Source: an uncultured virus (IMG/VR IMGVR_UViG_3300042505_001397) (taxonomy: Duplodnaviria > Heunggongvirae > Uroviricota > Caudoviricetes). From it: DNA of 20,000 nt. Positions 17,285-20,000 of the stretch are shown in pieces. The stretch lies in IMG/VR virus record IMGVR_UViG_3300042505_001397. One strand, written 5' to 3'. The notes beneath the pieces are model-generated. The model was given only the letters and a program-made list of their open reading frames with translations. It did not search any database and was not told the origin of the DNA. How positions within the stretch are numbered: position 1 is the first letter of the stretch; each line of letters opens with the position of its first letter. A program made the position numbers and the translations under genes.

Positions 17285-18110
17285 ATGGAAGAGTCATTAC
17301 ATTTCTTTTGACAACTTTTCTACGTTGTTTTACGTCCTTAACTCTGCACCAATATATAGGTGCAATTTTTGGTATTATATCTATGTTTTTGTCTCTAAAT
17401 TCACGAATACGCTCTAAAAGTTCTTTTCTTTGTTCACTTTTAAATTCAGCATTGTAAATATCCTTTTTCAATTGTATTAATGTATCTATTACCGTTTCGG
17501 CTTCTCCAATTTCTTTTTTGGTGAATTTTGATTTTTCAATTTCCAGCTTATCCCACACATAATCTGCAACATATTTATATAGATCTCCAGGCAACTCAAG
17601 AGGTACTAAGTTAACGTGCGGTGCAGTTATTTCATCTTTTGTAAGTGCAGATAAATGTTGACTACCGTTGTTGCTTCCATCAACAAAGCACTCTAAACTT
17701 GAAGAATACCCAAAATCATTGAATGGATCTAGATGGAATCCATGCTTTATTTGCCATTCTCTCAATTTTTTAAGCTCATTACATGCCGCAAGGAATTGCC
17801 AAGGTTTATCTGCTTTCATCCAGCCTTGATTCACCTTGGGTTGCATTGCATAATCAAGCAATATGTCTTCATTATCTGTGGACCATAAATACCTATCCTT
17901 GAGTGGAATCTTATCCGTTTTTGCACCGTCTTCCCTTCCAGATGCTCCTGCCCAATTTGAAGCAATACTAACCATAAGCCAAAAGAAACCCTCCTTTCCA
18001 ATCTCCTTTTTGTCTTCTCTCAGCAAAAGACCTTTTGCTAAGTCAGTACCTTGTTCATGAAAATAAGCTGTTGCTGGATATCTTCTACCACGGAAGTCAT
18101 AATAATAACG
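17285..18110 (-). CDS. T7-type RNA polymerase, exon 2
   Basis: YDFRGRRYP, QGTDLAKGLL, ADKPWQFLAAC, motif A DGSNNGSQHLSAL, DLY, motif B RKVVKRNVMTLP. Confidence 0.93.
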
Positions 18111-18898
18111 CATTTGTTCAGAAAATTTCGCTAATATTTTCTCGTTAATTAACATGTGGCCAATTTCTTCCTGTTCGTATACAGTTAATTGTGCCAGGAT
18201 GCACACCGAATAATAATGCAATTTCTTTATTGGAAAAACCTGCAGAGAACATTGCTTTTATATCTCTCACGGACTCTTCATTTAATTTAGAATTTATTGC
18301 CGTTGTACCCTTCACCATCAATCCCAGATCTTTTGCATGTCTGACATTTTCTAGTTGTGTGCACCATTCTAAATTATCAATATTATTATTCTTTTTGTTT
18401 GCATCTAAGTGGTTTACTTTTGGCAAATTAAGCGGATTTGGTATAAAAACTAATGCCACTAATCTGTGAACCATTTCTTTCTTACTTTTACCGTTATAAC
18501 TCAGTGGCACTTGTAAATAACCTAGACCATTGTCATTTTGTTTCAAGATACGTCCGGCTTTCACATATTCCCCACCAAAAGTACTTTTGACAATTCTATC
18601 TTTACTCTTTACATTGCCATAAGAAGAAACTTCATAACACTCATCAAAATCTTTCCAGATTTCCATAATAATCTCCGACTATTTTAAATTAATTAACAGC
18701 TGTATATTACTATACAGTTCAGACTATATCATCTTGGCATCCGCCAAGCTCCGCGCTTCCACTAAGCTATTAGTGTACTCTACTAAGATTAACAAACATC
18801 CGTCTGTTCTTTTCGATAGTCGTTGCACCTTTTGAAGGCTCAGGATTGTCCTAAGGATGTTTCCTGAATTCACGGAGTTTACTACCACCGACATATTA
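18111..18898 (-). mobile_element. Group I intron (IA2) number 1 in RNAP, 788 nt
   Basis: P1 CUACCAU/GUGGUAG; P3 CUCCGUG/CGCGGAG; P7 ACGACUA/UAGUCU; P9; 10-bp P9.1 encloses the ORF; ends CUGAACAAAUG. Splicing gives FYH|RYYYDFRGR in frame. Confidence 0.92.
18145..18666 (-). CDS. Intron-encoded NUMOD4-HNH homing endonuclease (I-HmuI-like) with C-terminal HTH
   Basis: EIWKD...YEVSSYGNVKS (NUMOD4); VHRLVA..FIPNP...VNHLDANKKNN...NLEWCT..EN..HA; SD GGAG. Confidence 0.93.
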   Translation of the reverse strand: MEIWKDFDECYEVSSYGNVKSKDRIVKSTFGGEYVKAGRILKQNDNGLGYLQVPLSYNGKSKKEMVHRLVALVFIPNPLNLPKVNHLDANKKNNNIDNLEWCTQLENVRHAKDLGLMVKGTTAINSKLNEESVRDIKAMFSAGFSNKEIALLFGVHPGTINCIRTGRNWPHVN

Positions 18899-19642
18899 AT
18901 GGTAGAAAGTTTTTCCAATGAACCTTTTTGCGATATTTCCTATGGCTTTTGCTTCTCTTAGCTTAGTTGCCTTTGCTTCAGGGTTCTGAGAATCCCATAT
19001 GTCTGAAAAAGCTTCAGTTTTATTCCGAAGCGCCCAGTTGTATATCTTGAAAACATCTTCATTAACGTTCCAGCCCATTGCTTGAGATCTGTTTATGCAC
19101 TCAAATATGATCGGGTGTGTTTCTGGAGTGACTTTTGACATCACTTCCTTGCTGCCTGTTTTGATCATCACGGCACCGGACTCATGTCTCAGACTTGTCC
19201 AAGATGCATAGGGTGTTAATGATGGTAATTTCTCTACAGCATCTACTTCGACTTTCTCCCATAATTCGCATATGATTTCATCATTTAGCACTTGAATGAT
19301 ATATGCTGCATGTTTTCCATTTGACTTGCCCAAGAGCACTGTGATCAGACCAAGTTCTTCAAATGAGTAAAGTAAGAATGCCCCTGTCTTTGCAGCCAAG
19401 GAAGAGTCTTTCTTCATCTTGTATTTGCTTCTGACTCCGTGCCCGATTGCAGAGATAACCTCAGTTAGATAAATGGTATTCTTTTTTGATCCCTTTTTTG
19501 ATCTTGTATATAAGTAAACTATTGATACAAGAACATCAAAGTAGTCTTCCACTTCAAGCTCCTTCAAGTATTTCAAAGGGTTTTGATTCGATATTTCATT
19601 TGCCAATCTGGATTTCAATGATGATATTAATATTTGTCTCAT
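18899..19642 (-). CDS. T7-type RNA polymerase, exon 1 (spliced product about 749 aa)
   Basis: Ends INRSQAMGWNVNEDVF...AKRFIGKTFYH, the segment preceding DxRGRxY in T7-type RNAPs. Start placed at ATG 19642, downstream of the hairpin (start less certain). Confidence 0.85.
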
Positions 19643-19665
19643 AATGAAAAGAAAAAAATAAGATG

Positions 19666-19691
19666 ATAAAAGGGCACCCCGAAGGGTGCCC
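19666..19691 (-). terminator. GC-rich UUCG terminator-like hairpin just upstream of RNAP
   Basis: GGGCACCC-TTCG-GGGTGCCC-TTTTAT, 4 nt after the stop of the 43-aa ORF. Confidence 0.85.
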
Positions 19692-19695
19692 GTAA

Positions 19696-19827
19696 TTATT
19701 TTAAAGCCTTTACTGCGTAAACCAAGAAAAGGAGGGCTCCTCCGACTACCACAAATTTTACTAGAAGCCCTACCGCAATTACGGTCATGGCTAAGTTTCC
19801 TAGGGATATTTGTGATTGTTTTTTCAT
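19696..19827 (-). CDS. 43-aa hydrophobic membrane peptide (below the cutoff)
   Basis: Manual translation: MKKQSQISLGNLAMTVIAVGLLVKFVVVGGALLFLVYAVKALK. SD AAGGT; its own terminator follows. Confidence 0.75.
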   Translation of the reverse strand: MKKQSQISLGNLAMTVIAVGLLVKFVVVGGALLFLVYAVKALK

Positions 19828-19928
19828 GATTTACCTTTTTAGTGATTAGATTGATATATTCATAATTATTCTCGATTGATTTTGTTATGGTTTTAAACCC
19901 CATGGGGTCGAGGTAATTTGCACAAGGC

Positions 19929-19965
<37 letters not shown>

Positions 19966-19973
19966 ATTAAGGG

Positions 19974-19993
19974 AGGGGCCCCAAAGGGCCCCT
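19974..19993. terminator. GC-rich hairpin beside the A-tract
   Basis: AGGGGCCC-CAAA-GGGCCCCT, followed by TT on + and, 9 nt later, T33 on -. Confidence 0.55.
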
Positions 19994-20000
19994 TTAAATA

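Noticed and set aside
823..18469. Numerous plus-strand and nested alternative-frame ORFs
   Set aside because: They are shadows of well-supported minus-strand genes and show no motifs or convincing RBS.
5020..18898. Repeated GACTATATCATC and GTCGTTGCACC blocks as CRISPR repeats or phage promoters
   Set aside because: They are the conserved P7, J8/7 and J6/7 elements of the three introns. No array or tRNA was seen in the window.
18111..18918. ORF 18724-18918 and the 18111-18221 extension of exon 2
   Set aside because: These are incidental frames across ribozyme or HNH sequence.
15867..19903. RNAP fragments as a pseudogene, an N4-like multi-subunit RNAP, or an intein-split gene
   Set aside because: Complete group I cores with U-G 5' sites and terminal G restore a single frame exactly, and in-frame stops rule out inteins.
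19643..19903. 87-aa N-terminal extension of RNAP shown in the ORF track
   Set aside because: It crosses a terminator hairpin and overlaps a better-supported 43-aa gene in another frame, and ATG 19903 has no SD. Kept only as a caveat.

Overview
This is the early/replication region of a lytic dsDNA bacteriophage, with all credible genes on the minus strand. In transcription order it carries a 33-nt A-tract with hairpins, a 43-aa membrane peptide, a T7-type single-subunit RNA polymerase, small hypothetical genes, an SSB, a DUF3310-type protein, a family A DNA polymerase, a 2OG-Fe(II) oxygenase, a MazG-like protein, a 5'-3' exonuclease, a GIY-YIG nuclease, a primase-helicase, a class II (B12) ribonucleotide reductase, a Gp49/Gp66-family protein, an ATP-dependent ligase, a nucleotidyltransferase and the start of a DHH phosphoesterase. 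The broken ORFs in the track are explained by three td-like (IA2) group I introns whose splice junctions can be read from the sequence. Two are in the RNA polymerase, one of them splitting the motif-B Tyr codon. One is in nrdJ, directly before the thiyl-radical Cys. Each carries a different homing endonuclease. The main oddities are: (1) the nrdJ intron's I-SceI-like LAGLIDADG gene takes its Shine-Dalgarno, start and stop from the ribozyme core; (2) a T7-type RNAP has two introns; (3) the DNA polymerase has paired substitutions at the steric-gate Glu (to Gln) and O-helix Tyr (to Phe), and is flanked by kinase-like, oxygenase and MazG genes, which suggests a candidate nucleotide-modification module. 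All family calls come from motif recognition by eye; no searches were run.
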